Positions 8,998 to 22,489 of a stretch of 64,000 nucleotides of DNA are shown piece by piece. Where the stretch lies: assembly GCA_963815145.1 (NCBI GenBank), contig CAWFFS010000027.1:448751-512750 (forward strand), read 5' to 3'. The translations under genes were made by a program, and so were the position numbers. The DNA comes from an uncultured delta proteobacterium. Its GTDB lineage: Bacteria; Desulfobacterota; DSM-4660; Desulfatiglandales; HGW-15. The notes under the pieces were generated by a model, which did not search any database, was not told the DNA's origin, and saw only the letters and a program-made list of their open reading frames with translations. Each line of letters begins with the position of its first letter. The first letter of the stretch is position 1.

Positions 8998-10611
8998 CTA
9001 ATTCCAGATAACCGTGTCGCGCTTCCAGTTTTCATCATCTTTTTCAGGGCAGTCCAGATTATAATGCAGCCCCCTGCTCTCCTTTCTGAGTATGGCGCAT
9101 GAAATTATCAATTCACCGACAAGTGCAAGGTTGCGGAGTTCGAGCAGATCTCTTGTAACTGTAAAGTTCCAGTAGTACTCCTTAATCTCGGATTGAATAT
9201 TTTCAATCCTTGCTCTTGCCCTTGCCAGCCTGCGGTTTGTTCGTACTATCCCTACATAGTTCCACATCAGGCGCCTTATTTCATCCCAGTTATGGGTAAC
9301 GACAACCATTTCTTCGCTGTCTATAGCTATCCCCTTCTCCCAGGCCGGCGCTTTTGAAAATGGTATCTCCCTGTTGTTTTCCAGATCCCGTTTTGATCTT
9401 ATTGCTGCCTTCCGGGCAAAAACAAGCGCCTCAAGCAATGAATTACTTGCAAGTCTGTTTGCACCATGAAGCCCGGTACAGGCAACTTCGCCGATCGCAT
9501 AAAGATTACTTATGTTAGTCATACCATTTTCATCTGTAACCAATCCTCCGCACATATAATGGGCAGCAGGGACCACCGGTATTGGTTGTTGAGTTATGTC
9601 TATCTGATATTTTAAACAATTCTCATAAATATTTGGAAAACGTTCCCTGACAAAATCCTTATGTTTATGACTTATATCCAGGTATACACACTCGTCACCG
9701 CTCTTTTTCAGCTCCATATCAATGGATCTTGCCACAATATCCCGGAAGGCAAGATCCTTCAGAGGGTGATATTTTTCCATAAAACGTTCACCCCTGCTGT
9801 TTAACAGTATTCCGCCTTCGCCTCTTACTGCCTCGGATATCAGAAAGTTTTTTGCAAGGGGATGGAAAAGACAGGTAGGATGAAACTGCACAAACTCCAT
9901 ATTTGCCGCCTTTACACCGGCACGATATCCCATTGCTATTCCGTCACCCGATGCAATATCCGAATTGCTTGTATACAGGTATATCTTCCCGACACCTCCG
10001 GCAGCAAGAACAGTAACCTTGGCCTGAAATGTGATTACTTCATCATTTTTTACATCCAGGACATATGCACCCCAGCAGGACTCCCTTGATTCGGATTTAA
10101 CGATCCCGCGTCTTATAAGTTTTGAGATTGTTATCAGATCGATTGCCATGAAATCTTCATAGATTGTTATATTTTCATTTTCTTCGGCCCTTTCAAGGAG
10201 CGCCCGCTCCACCTCATTGCCGGTTTTATCCTTTGTATGAACAATCCTTCTTTTTGAATGGCCACCTTCCATCCCGAGTTCAAGATCATCTGTTCCATCA
10301 TTTTGTCTGGAAAAATTTACTCCCATGGAGATAAGCTCCCTGATCATTTCCGGACCATTTTTTACTACCATTTCAACAATTTTTTTATTGCACAGGCCAT
10401 CACCCGACTTTAAAGTATCCTCGATATGTAAATCAAAACTGTCGTCGAGATTAAAAACAGAGGCAATTCCGCCCTGTGCATAGTTGGATGAGGCCTCCAT
10501 TTTTTCTTTTTTCGTAACTATTGCCACCTTTCCTGATTTTGCTGCCTCAAGGGCAAAACTCAAACCGGCAATGCCCGTACCAATAACCAGATAGTCGGTT
10601 TTAATTTCCAT
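8998..10611 (-). CDS. nadB: L-aspartate oxidase
   Basis: FAD motif DYLVIGTGIAGL plus FVQFHPT and HGANRLASNSLLE, typical of the NadB/succinate dehydrogenase flavoprotein family. 537 aa. Confidence 0.9.
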   Translation of the reverse strand: MEIKTDYLVIGTGIAGLSFALEAAKSGKVAIVTKKEKMEASSNYAQGGIASVFNLDDSFDLHIEDTLKSGDGLCNKKIVEMVVKNGPEMIRELISMGVNFSRQNDGTDDLELGMEGGHSKRRIVHTKDKTGNEVERALLERAEENENITIYEDFMAIDLITISKLIRRGIVKSESRESCWGAYVLDVKNDEVITFQAKVTVLAAGGVGKIYLYTSNSDIASGDGIAMGYRAGVKAANMEFVQFHPTCLFHPLAKNFLISEAVRGEGGILLNSRGERFMEKYHPLKDLAFRDIVARSIDMELKKSGDECVYLDISHKHKDFVRERFPNIYENCLKYQIDITQQPIPVVPAAHYMCGGLVTDENGMTNISNLYAIGEVACTGLHGANRLASNSLLEALVFARKAAIRSKRDLENNREIPFSKAPAWEKGIAIDSEEMVVVTHNWDEIRRLMWNYVGIVRTNRRLARARARIENIQSEIKEYYWNFTVTRDLLELRNLALVGELIISCAILRKESRGLHYNLDCPEKDDENWKRDTVIWN

Positions 10612-10741
10612 TTTTACTCCTGAAATTATGCGTTCTATACTTATTATTTCATGGGGTGGAATTATTACACTATTCTTGTATAAATGTATATTTATTAATA
10701 GCGAAGATTACTGAGAAAAAATTATTATTCGTAGATGGGAC

Positions 10742-11572
10742 TTATTCCTTTAGCTCAATACTGTCCAGTATTTTCGAAGCCTCTTTTGCATATTGATCTC
10801 TGGGGTTTGTGCTTATGATGAGATTTAATTCTTTTATTGCTTCCTGTCTCAGGCCCATCTTTAAGTATAATCTGCTTAAACTCAAATGAATATCCCAGGC
10901 TTGAGGTGCAATTGCAACTGCCGCCTTATAGGTAGCAAGGGCTTTATCCTGCTGTCCGATAGAATCATAAAGAACCGCGAGATCTTTATAGACTGCAACA
11001 TAGTTTGGGGCTATTTTTATAGCCTTTTCATAATTTTCAATTGCCTTTGGATAATCGCCAGTACGAAAATAGACAGACCCGATATTGTGATATGCAAATT
11101 CCGGGGTATTGTATAATACATCCGCAGCAGCCTTTTTAAAACAATCCAGGGCCTTGTTCCATTCCTTTTTTTTGGTATAAAGAATCCCCATATTGTTATA
11201 GGCTTCCGGATATTCCGGTTTCAGATGTATGGCTTTCTGAAAATGATTCAGGGAAAGATCGTATTCCCCTATTTCCTCATATATAAGTGCCAGTTTATGC
11301 TGAAGGTCAGGATTTGACGGATTTATTTTCTCTGCCTTAAGAAGATAAGCAAGCCCTTCTCTTGGTTTTCCATCAAGAGCCAGAGAACTGCCCATATCTT
11401 CCTGTATCTGTGCCCTTTTATTTTTGGAAAGCATCGTTCCGGCACAGCATGTAATAATAAAAGAGGAAAGAATTATCAAGGCCGACAGATATAATGCCTT
11501 TTTATTCACAGAAATACCGCTCCCGGGACTTGCCCCTGGTGAAAATTCAAACCCGTTTTTATTAAAATTCAT
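10742..11572 (-). CDS. TPR-repeat lipoprotein, PilF/PilW-like type IV pilus biogenesis factor
   Basis: N-terminal signal and Cys, then repeated TPR units (AxxxYxxAL...P). It lies immediately downstream of pilQ. Confidence 0.6.
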   Translation of the reverse strand: MNFNKNGFEFSPGASPGSGISVNKKALYLSALIILSSFIITCCAGTMLSKNKRAQIQEDMGSSLALDGKPREGLAYLLKAEKINPSNPDLQHKLALIYEEIGEYDLSLNHFQKAIHLKPEYPEAYNNMGILYTKKKEWNKALDCFKKAAADVLYNTPEFAYHNIGSVYFRTGDYPKAIENYEKAIKIAPNYVAVYKDLAVLYDSIGQQDKALATYKAAVAIAPQAWDIHLSLSRLYLKMGLRQEAIKELNLIISTNPRDQYAKEASKILDSIELKE

Positions 11573-11586
11573 TTCAACAATTTTGT

Positions 11587-13671
11587 TTAGTTAAAAGTTT
11601 TTACCGGAGATGGAATTACATTGGGTGTCAGGAATATCAACAGTTCGGTTTTACTATGCTGTTTTCTCTTGGCTTTAAACAACCACCCAAGACCAGGAAT
11701 ATCCTTGAGCACAGGTACACCTTCGACCGTATCATTTTCCTTCTCCTTGATGATGCCGCCTATTACAACAGTTTCACCACTTTTAACCATAAGAGTTGTA
11801 GAAACCGTTTTAGTAGTCTTTCTGTTATCAGTAACTCTTTGGTCATCCGATACATTAACTGTAAGTGTAATATAGTTATTAAAACTTACTGAAGCAGGTG
11901 TTACGCTTAATGACAGTTCAGCCGGGAAGTCTTGTGCCGCCACATTTTCAGTCGCCGCTATCTTTATAATTTCACCGCTGCTTATTGTGGCTTCCGACCC
12001 TTCCTGCGCAATGACCTTTGGGGCTGAGAGTGTTTTTGCTTTGCCGGTACTTTCGGCTAAAGCCAGCGTTGCATTTAAAGAGGTGAGGCCAAAAGTGCTG
12101 GGTGATATCTTCGAAAAATTCAAACCAATATTCCCCCAGTTTGTGGCCGGTGAATTAGTTGAAAATGAACCGCCATATTTTTCCCCATTATTATTATCAT
12201 GGGCAAAGATAGTGCCGTCATCATATGTCCAGGTAGCAGTGGTAACGCCTGTTGTTGGATCGGTTGTTTCTGTCCTTACAGGGTTTCCTCCTGCATTCCA
12301 CTTGAGTCCCAGGTCTCTCGTAAAGTCATCGGAGGCTTCAACAATTTTCGCCTCTATCATGATCTGCTTAACCGGCGTATCAAATTGCTTTACTATCTTT
12401 TTTGCCTCTTCAATACTCGCGGCAGTATCCTTTATAATAATCGTATTCGTTCTTGAATCGATGCTCATACTACCCCGTTTAGAGAGAATTATGTGATCCT
12501 TTATTTTATCAGCTTTTGCAAAATCAACAGGCAGATATTCAGTTACAAGTGGGGCGTTATCCTCGACTCTTTTCGCCTGTTCTTCCAGTTTAAGCCGCTC
12601 ATCCTCAAGTTTCTGTTCCATCTTCTTTGACTCGGATTCCTCCTCAGCAAGTATCTGAGCCATCTTCTGTTTTGTAGTTATCCATACTATGTTCCTACCT
12701 ACATAACGCTCGGCAAGATCATTGTTTTTTAGAATCAGATCAAGGGCTTCATCCCAGGGTACATCATGGAGTATCATAGAGACCTTTTTCCCCTTAATTG
12801 CAGGGTCCCAGATAATATTCTCCTTACTGACCTCATTTATAAGTTTCAGAATATTTGTAACATCGGCGTTTACAAAATCCAGATATAAAGGCTGACCGGT
12901 ATATTTTTTCTTTGCTGAAGGGGAAAAGGCCTGTATTTCACCCTGTTGCCCTGTATTTGGTTCGTAAGCAGCTGGAGGGTTCTTCGCTTCAGACTTCTTG
13001 AGACTAAGCGGAACTATCTTATCCTCTGCTATCTTTGTTGTTATTTTTCCGAAATCTATTACTATACCGCTATCGGACTGTTTGACGTGGAATGGCACAA
13101 CCTCGCGCATCGTAATGCCCAGCTTGACTTCTTTATTCTTTTTATCAAATACAGGCTGTACATTCTCCAATGCCGTCTGAAACTGTGTGGTATCTATATC
13201 CTTCAGCAGCAGTTCTCCAATCTGACTGTCATGTATGTTTAAAGATAACCTTTTCCGATCAACACGATCAAGGTCATAACTGACTTTTTTATTGGTGGTA
13301 ACTGTCAATCTTGATTTGCCCTGGGGTAACATTGAAAAATCGATGCCCAGCACCTGCCCGAGTTTGGAGCCGGAAGGTTTAATGAAAATACGAGGTTCCG
13401 ATTCGGTATATTTCTCTGTTTCCTGAGCCTTTTGTAATGCTACGGCGGAATCGGATGCCTTATCTTCTGCTGGAGTTACCGACTCAACGGCCTTTTTAAC
13501 CGGCGCCTGGTTAACAGCTACATTCTCCTTTGCAGGTTGTGAATCAGCCTTTGCTTCATTCATCTCAACGGATGATTTGGCCGCACATCCGCTCATGAGC
13601 CAGATGGCAATCAAAATATATAATAAAAAAGAGTTAAATCTTCTTTTATCGAAACCGTGCATTTTACTCAT
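11587..13671 (-). CDS. pilQ: Type IV pilus secretin PilQ
   Basis: C-terminal secretin signature VPVLKDIPGLGWLFK. N-terminal lipoprotein-like signal (LMSGC) and AMIN-like region. ATG at 13671 with an AAGGAG RBS is preferred over the TTG at 13689. Confidence 0.9.
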   Translation of the reverse strand: MSKMHGFDKRRFNSFLLYILIAIWLMSGCAAKSSVEMNEAKADSQPAKENVAVNQAPVKKAVESVTPAEDKASDSAVALQKAQETEKYTESEPRIFIKPSGSKLGQVLGIDFSMLPQGKSRLTVTTNKKVSYDLDRVDRKRLSLNIHDSQIGELLLKDIDTTQFQTALENVQPVFDKKNKEVKLGITMREVVPFHVKQSDSGIVIDFGKITTKIAEDKIVPLSLKKSEAKNPPAAYEPNTGQQGEIQAFSPSAKKKYTGQPLYLDFVNADVTNILKLINEVSKENIIWDPAIKGKKVSMILHDVPWDEALDLILKNNDLAERYVGRNIVWITTKQKMAQILAEEESESKKMEQKLEDERLKLEEQAKRVEDNAPLVTEYLPVDFAKADKIKDHIILSKRGSMSIDSRTNTIIIKDTAASIEEAKKIVKQFDTPVKQIMIEAKIVEASDDFTRDLGLKWNAGGNPVRTETTDPTTGVTTATWTYDDGTIFAHDNNNGEKYGGSFSTNSPATNWGNIGLNFSKISPSTFGLTSLNATLALAESTGKAKTLSAPKVIAQEGSEATISSGEIIKIAATENVAAQDFPAELSLSVTPASVSFNNYITLTVNVSDDQRVTDNRKTTKTVSTTLMVKSGETVVIGGIIKEKENDTVEGVPVLKDIPGLGWLFKAKRKQHSKTELLIFLTPNVIPSPVKTFN

Positions 13672-13760
13672 GGAATATCTCCTTAACAATTAATGCGGAA
13701 ATTGAGTATAAATAGTTAAATAAAACTGTCAAATATACATAGGACCTAATACCACCGCTA

Positions 13761-14282
13761 TCATCTATCGGAAGGCGCCTTTTTTTCTATCAATCTGGGT
13801 TCTTTTTCACCTTTAAAATTTGTTACTTCTTCCTTTATTATAACCTCACCTGGCTCAATCTTATAGACAACTCCGCCATTGGTGCCTATTGGGGTGCCTA
13901 CCTTTATGACATGTCCATCGCCTTTTGAATCAGTTACCATTGCCCATCTATTCGTTTTACCTATTATAATGACAGAAAGACTCAACTGAGAAAGCTCAAG
14001 TGTTTCAAGATATGTCTTTGGTTTTCCCTTATCTTTTTCGGCCTTTTCCTCCCGGACAACAATGAACGACTTAAATGGATCAGTCTTTCCGGTCGGGTCA
14101 TATATATATTTTTTCTCTTCTTTTTCCGTATCAGTCGGTATCTGAGGAGCTTGCTTATCACCCTGTATAGTCTGTTTGCTATCTTCCGTTTTCGCCTGCA
14201 CTGAAAATACTGATGAGGACAAGAGTGCACAGAATATAATAATATTTAGATTTTTACAGTAGATGTCTTTCAGCTTCTGCAT
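13761..14282 (-). CDS. pilP: Pilus assembly protein PilP
   Basis: 173 aa with a signal peptide. Assigned mainly from its position between pilO and pilQ. Confidence 0.6.
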   Translation of the reverse strand: MQKLKDIYCKNLNIIIFCALLSSSVFSVQAKTEDSKQTIQGDKQAPQIPTDTEKEEKKYIYDPTGKTDPFKSFIVVREEKAEKDKGKPKTYLETLELSQLSLSVIIIGKTNRWAMVTDSKGDGHVIKVGTPIGTNGGVVYKIEPGEVIIKEEVTNFKGEKEPRLIEKKAPSDR

Positions 14283-14284
14283 TT

Positions 14285-14857
14285 TTATTTCCCTTTGACA
14301 AAGGTATATGTGATTGCATCACACGTTACATTCAGGATAGTAGATCGTTCCTTTTCGGGTTTCATGGTAACATTCTGAATATTCATAATACGCTTCATGT
14401 TGCCTACTTTTTCAAAAAAGACGGCCACATCTTGGTACGTTCCTTTGATCCGAAGGGATATCGGAATCTCTTCATAAAAGCCTTTCTTCCTGTTGCTTTG
14501 AGGCCGGAAGGTAGATATATCAAGATTGGCATTGACACCAAGTTCGGTTATCTTTGTCAGTAGTTCCGGGATTTCCATATTATTCGGAAGCATCTTTAAT
14601 GCCACTGCAAATTCCTGATCAACTTTTTTCTTTTCTTCCCTGGTCTCGGGAAGCTTTTTTCTCTGTACTCTTGCCTGGTTCAACTTACCATTTAAAGCTT
14701 CTATGCTTTGCTGGGTTGTTTCGATCTGTTCCGTTTTCGGCATATAGCCCCAAATGATAAAAACGGCAATAAGTAAAATCAATGTACCGGCAAGGATGGC
14801 GATCCTTACAGGCATCTTGATTACTTCTACTCTTTCAATGAAGGATTTTTTTTCCAT
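14285..14857 (-). CDS. pilO: Pilus assembly protein PilO
   Basis: 190 aa with a single N-terminal TM helix followed by a coiled coil. Conserved operon position. Confidence 0.7.
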   Translation of the reverse strand: MEKKSFIERVEVIKMPVRIAILAGTLILLIAVFIIWGYMPKTEQIETTQQSIEALNGKLNQARVQRKKLPETREEKKKVDQEFAVALKMLPNNMEIPELLTKITELGVNANLDISTFRPQSNRKKGFYEEIPISLRIKGTYQDVAVFFEKVGNMKRIMNIQNVTMKPEKERSTILNVTCDAITYTFVKGK

Positions 14858-14885
14858 TATATATCAACCCGGGAAATTATTATTA

Positions 14886-15476
14886 CTATTTCTTTTGCGC
14901 CTTCTTTTTTGTTTTCTTTTTTGCCGCTGCATATGTTTTACACTGCAAAACAAAATCCGAAACAGTCAATCTGAATTTAGGTAAATCCCTCCTTGTGGCA
15001 CTCTTAAGTACGGGGTCAGCAATTATCTGATCAGCACTTTTAAGGTTTTTCATAAACAATGATACGGTCTCATTATCCATTGCCGTGCCACTTAAGTACA
15101 GATTGCCGTTTTTTTCAGAGAGGGAAGTGAGCCATAATTTATCCTTGGGAACAGCGTCTGAAATATCTGCAAGCAAACGAACAGGCCCTGTTTTTCCTTT
15201 CTCGAGATCATTGATGACAGCAAGTTTACTCTTTATCTGCTTAATCTTGTTTTCAAGGTCTTTAATTTCCTTTAATTCTTTCTGATAGCCGGCCAACTCC
15301 TGATTTAACCTGCTCTCTTCATCTTTTAACCCGGAAAGTTGACTGCTCTTTTGAAAGAATAAAACACCCACCAATGCCAGAGTTAAGCAGACAGCAGCAA
15401 TATAAATAAATATTTGCCGTTTTACATTCTCCCGTTTACGAGCTGCCCTGAAGGGCAAAAGGTTAATTCTTATCAT
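14886..15476 (-). CDS. pilN: Pilus assembly protein PilN
   Basis: Starts MIRINLLPFR (the conserved PilN INLLP motif). Has a TM helix and coiled coil. Overlaps the pilM stop by 4 nt. Confidence 0.75.
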   Translation of the reverse strand: MIRINLLPFRAARKRENVKRQIFIYIAAVCLTLALVGVLFFQKSSQLSGLKDEESRLNQELAGYQKELKEIKDLENKIKQIKSKLAVINDLEKGKTGPVRLLADISDAVPKDKLWLTSLSEKNGNLYLSGTAMDNETVSLFMKNLKSADQIIADPVLKSATRRDLPKFRLTVSDFVLQCKTYAAAKKKTKKKAQKK

Positions 15477-16564
15477 TTGTCACCAACACTCCTTAATGCC
15501 AGGCCTACTGCAACACCAGCCTGGGGAGCTATATCGCTCAGGTATTTGGGGTCAAATATCTTTTCATTAATCTGTAAGCCTGCGAATGGATTCATTTCTT
15601 CAACCGGAATACCGGTTTCCATTTCAAGATACTTGATAAAATCCGGAATCTTGCATGCCCCTCCACTTACAAAAATCTTTTCTATTTTTTCATCAGGGTA
15701 TGTTGTTGACAGAAAATCCAGCGCCCTGCTTGTTTCCTGTACCCATCCGGATACCATTGAAGTAAATATTTCCTCCAGAGCTGCTTTATCTTCTAATTCC
15801 AGACCACCCAGCTTTATCTTTTCGGCATCTTCATAAGACACATCAAGCTGAGCGGCTATTGCTTCAGAGATCTGTGCACCGCCATATGATGAATCCCTGG
15901 TAAACATGGATACGCCATTTTTTATCGCATTTATACCTAACTCTTCAGCGCCAATGTTTATTATAGCATAGCATCCTGAAATATCACCGGCACCTGCTTC
16001 AAAGGCATTTTGAAGCGCGAAGGCATCTACATCCATAACAACGGGATTAAGCCCTGCGAGGTGAATAAGGCTTTCATATTCTTCGATTATATCTTTTTTT
16101 GCTGCAACCAGCATTACATCCATCAACTCGGAATCATTTCCGTTTTCTTTTTCACCATTCTCTTCCTCAACATCCTCATCAGAGTGTTTGAGGATTTCAT
16201 AATCAAGATTAACATCGCTGATATCAAAGGGAATGTACTGCTCTGCTTCTTCCTGGATACTCGAGTCCAGCGCGGCTTCGTTTCTTTTTGCAATGCTTAT
16301 TTTCTTAACAATAACAGAAAAACCGGAAATTGAAGTTGCAACATTTTTATTCTTTACGTTCAGGTTTTTAAGGAGGTTCTTAATAGCAGTGGCGGCTACT
16401 TCCATTTCTTTGATACTGCCTTCAATAATAGTATCTTTGGGTAAATGAACGATTCCAAAACTTTTTAAAATCATTCCTTTTTTACTATCATCGATTTCAA
16501 CCAGCTTTATAGAGTGGGAACCGATATCCAGACCCACCAACTGATTCTTTTTAGGTACAGGCAT
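15473..16564 (-). CDS. pilM: Type IV pilus assembly ATPase-like protein PilM
   Basis: Actin/FtsA-like fold motifs: GLDIGSHSIKLVE near the N-terminus and SGGACKIP near the C-terminus. 363 aa. Confidence 0.85.
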   Translation of the reverse strand: MPVPKKNQLVGLDIGSHSIKLVEIDDSKKGMILKSFGIVHLPKDTIIEGSIKEMEVAATAIKNLLKNLNVKNKNVATSISGFSVIVKKISIAKRNEAALDSSIQEEAEQYIPFDISDVNLDYEILKHSDEDVEEENGEKENGNDSELMDVMLVAAKKDIIEEYESLIHLAGLNPVVMDVDAFALQNAFEAGAGDISGCYAIINIGAEELGINAIKNGVSMFTRDSSYGGAQISEAIAAQLDVSYEDAEKIKLGGLELEDKAALEEIFTSMVSGWVQETSRALDFLSTTYPDEKIEKIFVSGGACKIPDFIKYLEMETGIPVEEMNPFAGLQINEKIFDPKYLSDIAPQAGVAVGLALRSVGDK

Positions 16565-16578
16565 AAATATCCTCGTTA

Positions 16579-16779
16579 TTAAACGTCAAGAAAAACCTTG
16601 CTTTTATCGGCCAGGTCATACCCAAGAGCAAGGATGATTTTTCTCTTGGTTTCCATCCGGCAGCTTTTGCCTTTCTCTATCCGGTCTATGGTCAGCGATG
16701 AGACCCCAGCCTTTCTTGCCAGTTCTGCTTTGCTCATTAAAAGCTCTTCACGGATTTTTTTTACTATGTTACGGCCCAA
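16579..16779 (-). CDS. XRE-family helix-turn-helix transcriptional regulator
   Basis: 66 aa. MSKAELARKAGVSSLTIDRIEKG is a classic Cro/C1 HTH. It heads the pil operon. Confidence 0.75.
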   Translation of the reverse strand: MGRNIVKKIREELLMSKAELARKAGVSSLTIDRIEKGKSCRMETKRKIILALGYDLADKSKVFLDV

Positions 16780-17188
16780 TTTTGCCTCCGATTTACTTTG
16801 TTAACCACTACAGTCTTATCGTATTAGGCAAATATCATATATATATTGTATATTTTGTCAAGAATTTTTTATTAAATTTACCTAATTTAATATAATTTCT
16901 ATATATATCGTACATATTAATATAAATTAATACCATATATTGTATCGAATTTATCACACAATACCACTATTACAAATAGGCACAATTTACAAATTGCGTA
17001 TTCACTATTAATACCCATTGTATATTTTAAAGCAAAAACCATGCCTCCGGAACTTTTCAGAAGTAATAAAATAAAAAATAATACAGGAAAAAAACCTTTA
17101 CAGTAAATAATAATTTTATTAAAAGACAAAAATCTTACTCCATTAAGCTGAATATCGGCAGAAATGTGTTTCACGTTAACTTAATAAT

Positions 17189-17926
17189 ATGTCCGGAGGC
17201 CATTTGGAAAAGAAGAAGAAAACAGAAGCAACTGAAATAAATAAAAAAAGCACCGTAAGAGAATATGCAGAGGCACTCGCCATTGCTATCCTCCTTGCAT
17301 TATTTATACGCACATTCGTAATCCAGGCATTCAAGATCCCATCGGGTTCAATGAAGCCAACCCTTCTTGTAGGTGACCACCTGCTTGTTAACAAATTCAT
17401 ATATGGCATTAGGATACCAATCATTGATAAATTTTTAATAGAATTTAAAGGGCCCGAAAGAGGAGATGTTGTTGTTTTTAAATGGCCTAAAGATGAGAGT
17501 CTTGATTTTATCAAGAGAGTTATCGGAGTTGAAGGAGACACAATTGAGATTAAAAATAGGCAACTTTACGTCAACAATAAAAAAGTAAAAGAACAACTCC
17601 TGGATAAAAAAGTAAAAAATGAACTTTTCGGCAGATATGATGATGATGAAATAACAAACGCAGAAGCCTATAAGGAAACGATTGGCAACAGGAAACATGT
17701 AATCCTTTATCAACCTGCCCTTGAGCAACTTGAAAATAATAAAACCGTTAATTTCGGTCCCGAAACTGTACCAAAGGACTCTATATTTGTTATGGGGGAC
17801 AATAGAGATAACAGCGACGACAGCCGATACTGGGGTTGTGTCAAACTTGATAAGATAAAAGGTGAAGCCCTGATAATTTACTGGTCATGGCCCCACTGGA
17901 AACGGTTCTTAAAAATAATCAGGTAG
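17189..17926 (+). CDS. lepB: Signal peptidase I
   Basis: Catalytic Ser box PSGSMKPTL, Lys box KRVIGVEGD, and GDNRDNSDDSRYWG. Confidence 0.9.
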   Translation: MSGGHLEKKKKTEATEINKKSTVREYAEALAIAILLALFIRTFVIQAFKIPSGSMKPTLLVGDHLLVNKFIYGIRIPIIDKFLIEFKGPERGDVVVFKWPKDESLDFIKRVIGVEGDTIEIKNRQLYVNNKKVKEQLLDKKVKNELFGRYDDDEITNAEAYKETIGNRKHVILYQPALEQLENNKTVNFGPETVPKDSIFVMGDNRDNSDDSRYWGCVKLDKIKGEALIIYWSWPHWKRFLKIIR

Positions 17927-18104
17927 ATATTTTTTATCATAGCAACCTTACCCGCTATTATTAAAGATACAAAGATTCAGATAACAGGAACATTCCTATA
18001 AATCCTTATATTTTTTTACACACCTGTGTCTTTATTAATTTACATATCTGTAAAAATTATATAAACTAATCATTTTTCTTTAAATACGAAATAAATCCAT
18101 ATGA

Positions 18105-21641
<3,537 letters not shown>

Positions 21642-21715
21642 ATAAAATTACTTTTCCCTCACATTTATAATTGACAAGATGAAGGATAATTGGTACGAGA
21701 TATCCTTCATTGAAT

Positions 21716-21789
21716 GCGCCCGTAGCTCAGCTGGATAGAGCGCCGGGCTTCGAACCCGTAGGCCGCAGGTTCGAATCCTGCCGGGCGCG
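21716..21789 (+). tRNA. tRNA-Arg (anticodon UCG)
   Basis: A hand-folded cloverleaf: acceptor GCGCCCG/CGGGCGC, D arm GCUC...GAGC, anticodon loop CUUCGAA, T arm GCAGG-UUCGAAU-CCUGC. No CCA is encoded. Confidence 0.85.
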
Positions 21790-21810
21790 CTTGGTATGAT
21801 AAATAAATCA

Positions 21811-21886
<76 letters not shown>

Positions 21887-21906
21887 GAAATAAGCAATTA
21901 AGTTAA

Positions 21907-21940
21907 GGGGTTACGTCAAAAGCGTAATCCCTTTTCTTTT
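21907..21940 (+). terminator. Intrinsic terminator after the tRNA pair
   Basis: Stem GGGGUUACG / CGUAAUCCC followed by UUUUCUUUU. Confidence 0.6.
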
Positions 21941-22162
21941 ACCTTGGGATTACATAGTATTTATAGGGCTTTCAATGCCCTGCCCTACCCTAAACCCTTA
22001 TCAATAAAGGTTATACAGTCGGGATTAAATAAAATAAATAATTTGCACAATATCACGTGCATGGTGCACATTTTTTTTACAAATTATCTACCTCTATCCT
22101 GCCATCTGATTCGGATTTGGTTTTCTAAGGTGGCTTTATCAGTTAATATTAAGAAAACCTGG

Positions 22163-22471
22163 TCAGAAAGGAAGAAGCCTGATTTCAGTTTCATCGGCAC
22201 CTTTTTTTTGTCCCATCTCAAACTCGCCGATTTTCGTGACTGTGAAATTCCTTTCCATTGCCTCTTCATTCAGCTTGCTTTCTATTTTTTCGGCAGCCGC
22301 TTCTTCGCAATCCACATTAAAATACAAATTCATGTTTTTTTTATTTTTATCATCAAACTGTATAATAACCGGGTTGTCTTCTATGAACACCAGGTCGTCA
22401 TACGTGTATGTTACGCTTAATCCTGAAGCCAGTATGATCTCTTTTACTATTCCTAATGGTCTGGATTTCAT
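22163..22471 (-). CDS. Hypothetical protein (102 aa), last gene of the TRAP transporter operon
   Basis: The ORF starts 19 nt after the dctM stop on the same strand. I recognise no motif. Confidence 0.4.
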   Translation of the reverse strand: MKSRPLGIVKEIILASGLSVTYTYDDLVFIEDNPVIIQFDDKNKKNMNLYFNVDCEEAAAEKIESKLNEEAMERNFTVTKIGEFEMGQKKGADETEIRLLPF

Positions 22472-22489
22472 TTTAGGTAATTCCTTTTT

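Noticed and set aside
16917-17174. 85-aa ORF in the AT-rich region upstream of lepB
   Set aside because: It sits in about 80% AT DNA and has a Phe/Ile/Leu/Lys-dominated composition. It has no RBS and no motif, so it is probably a non-coding promoter region.
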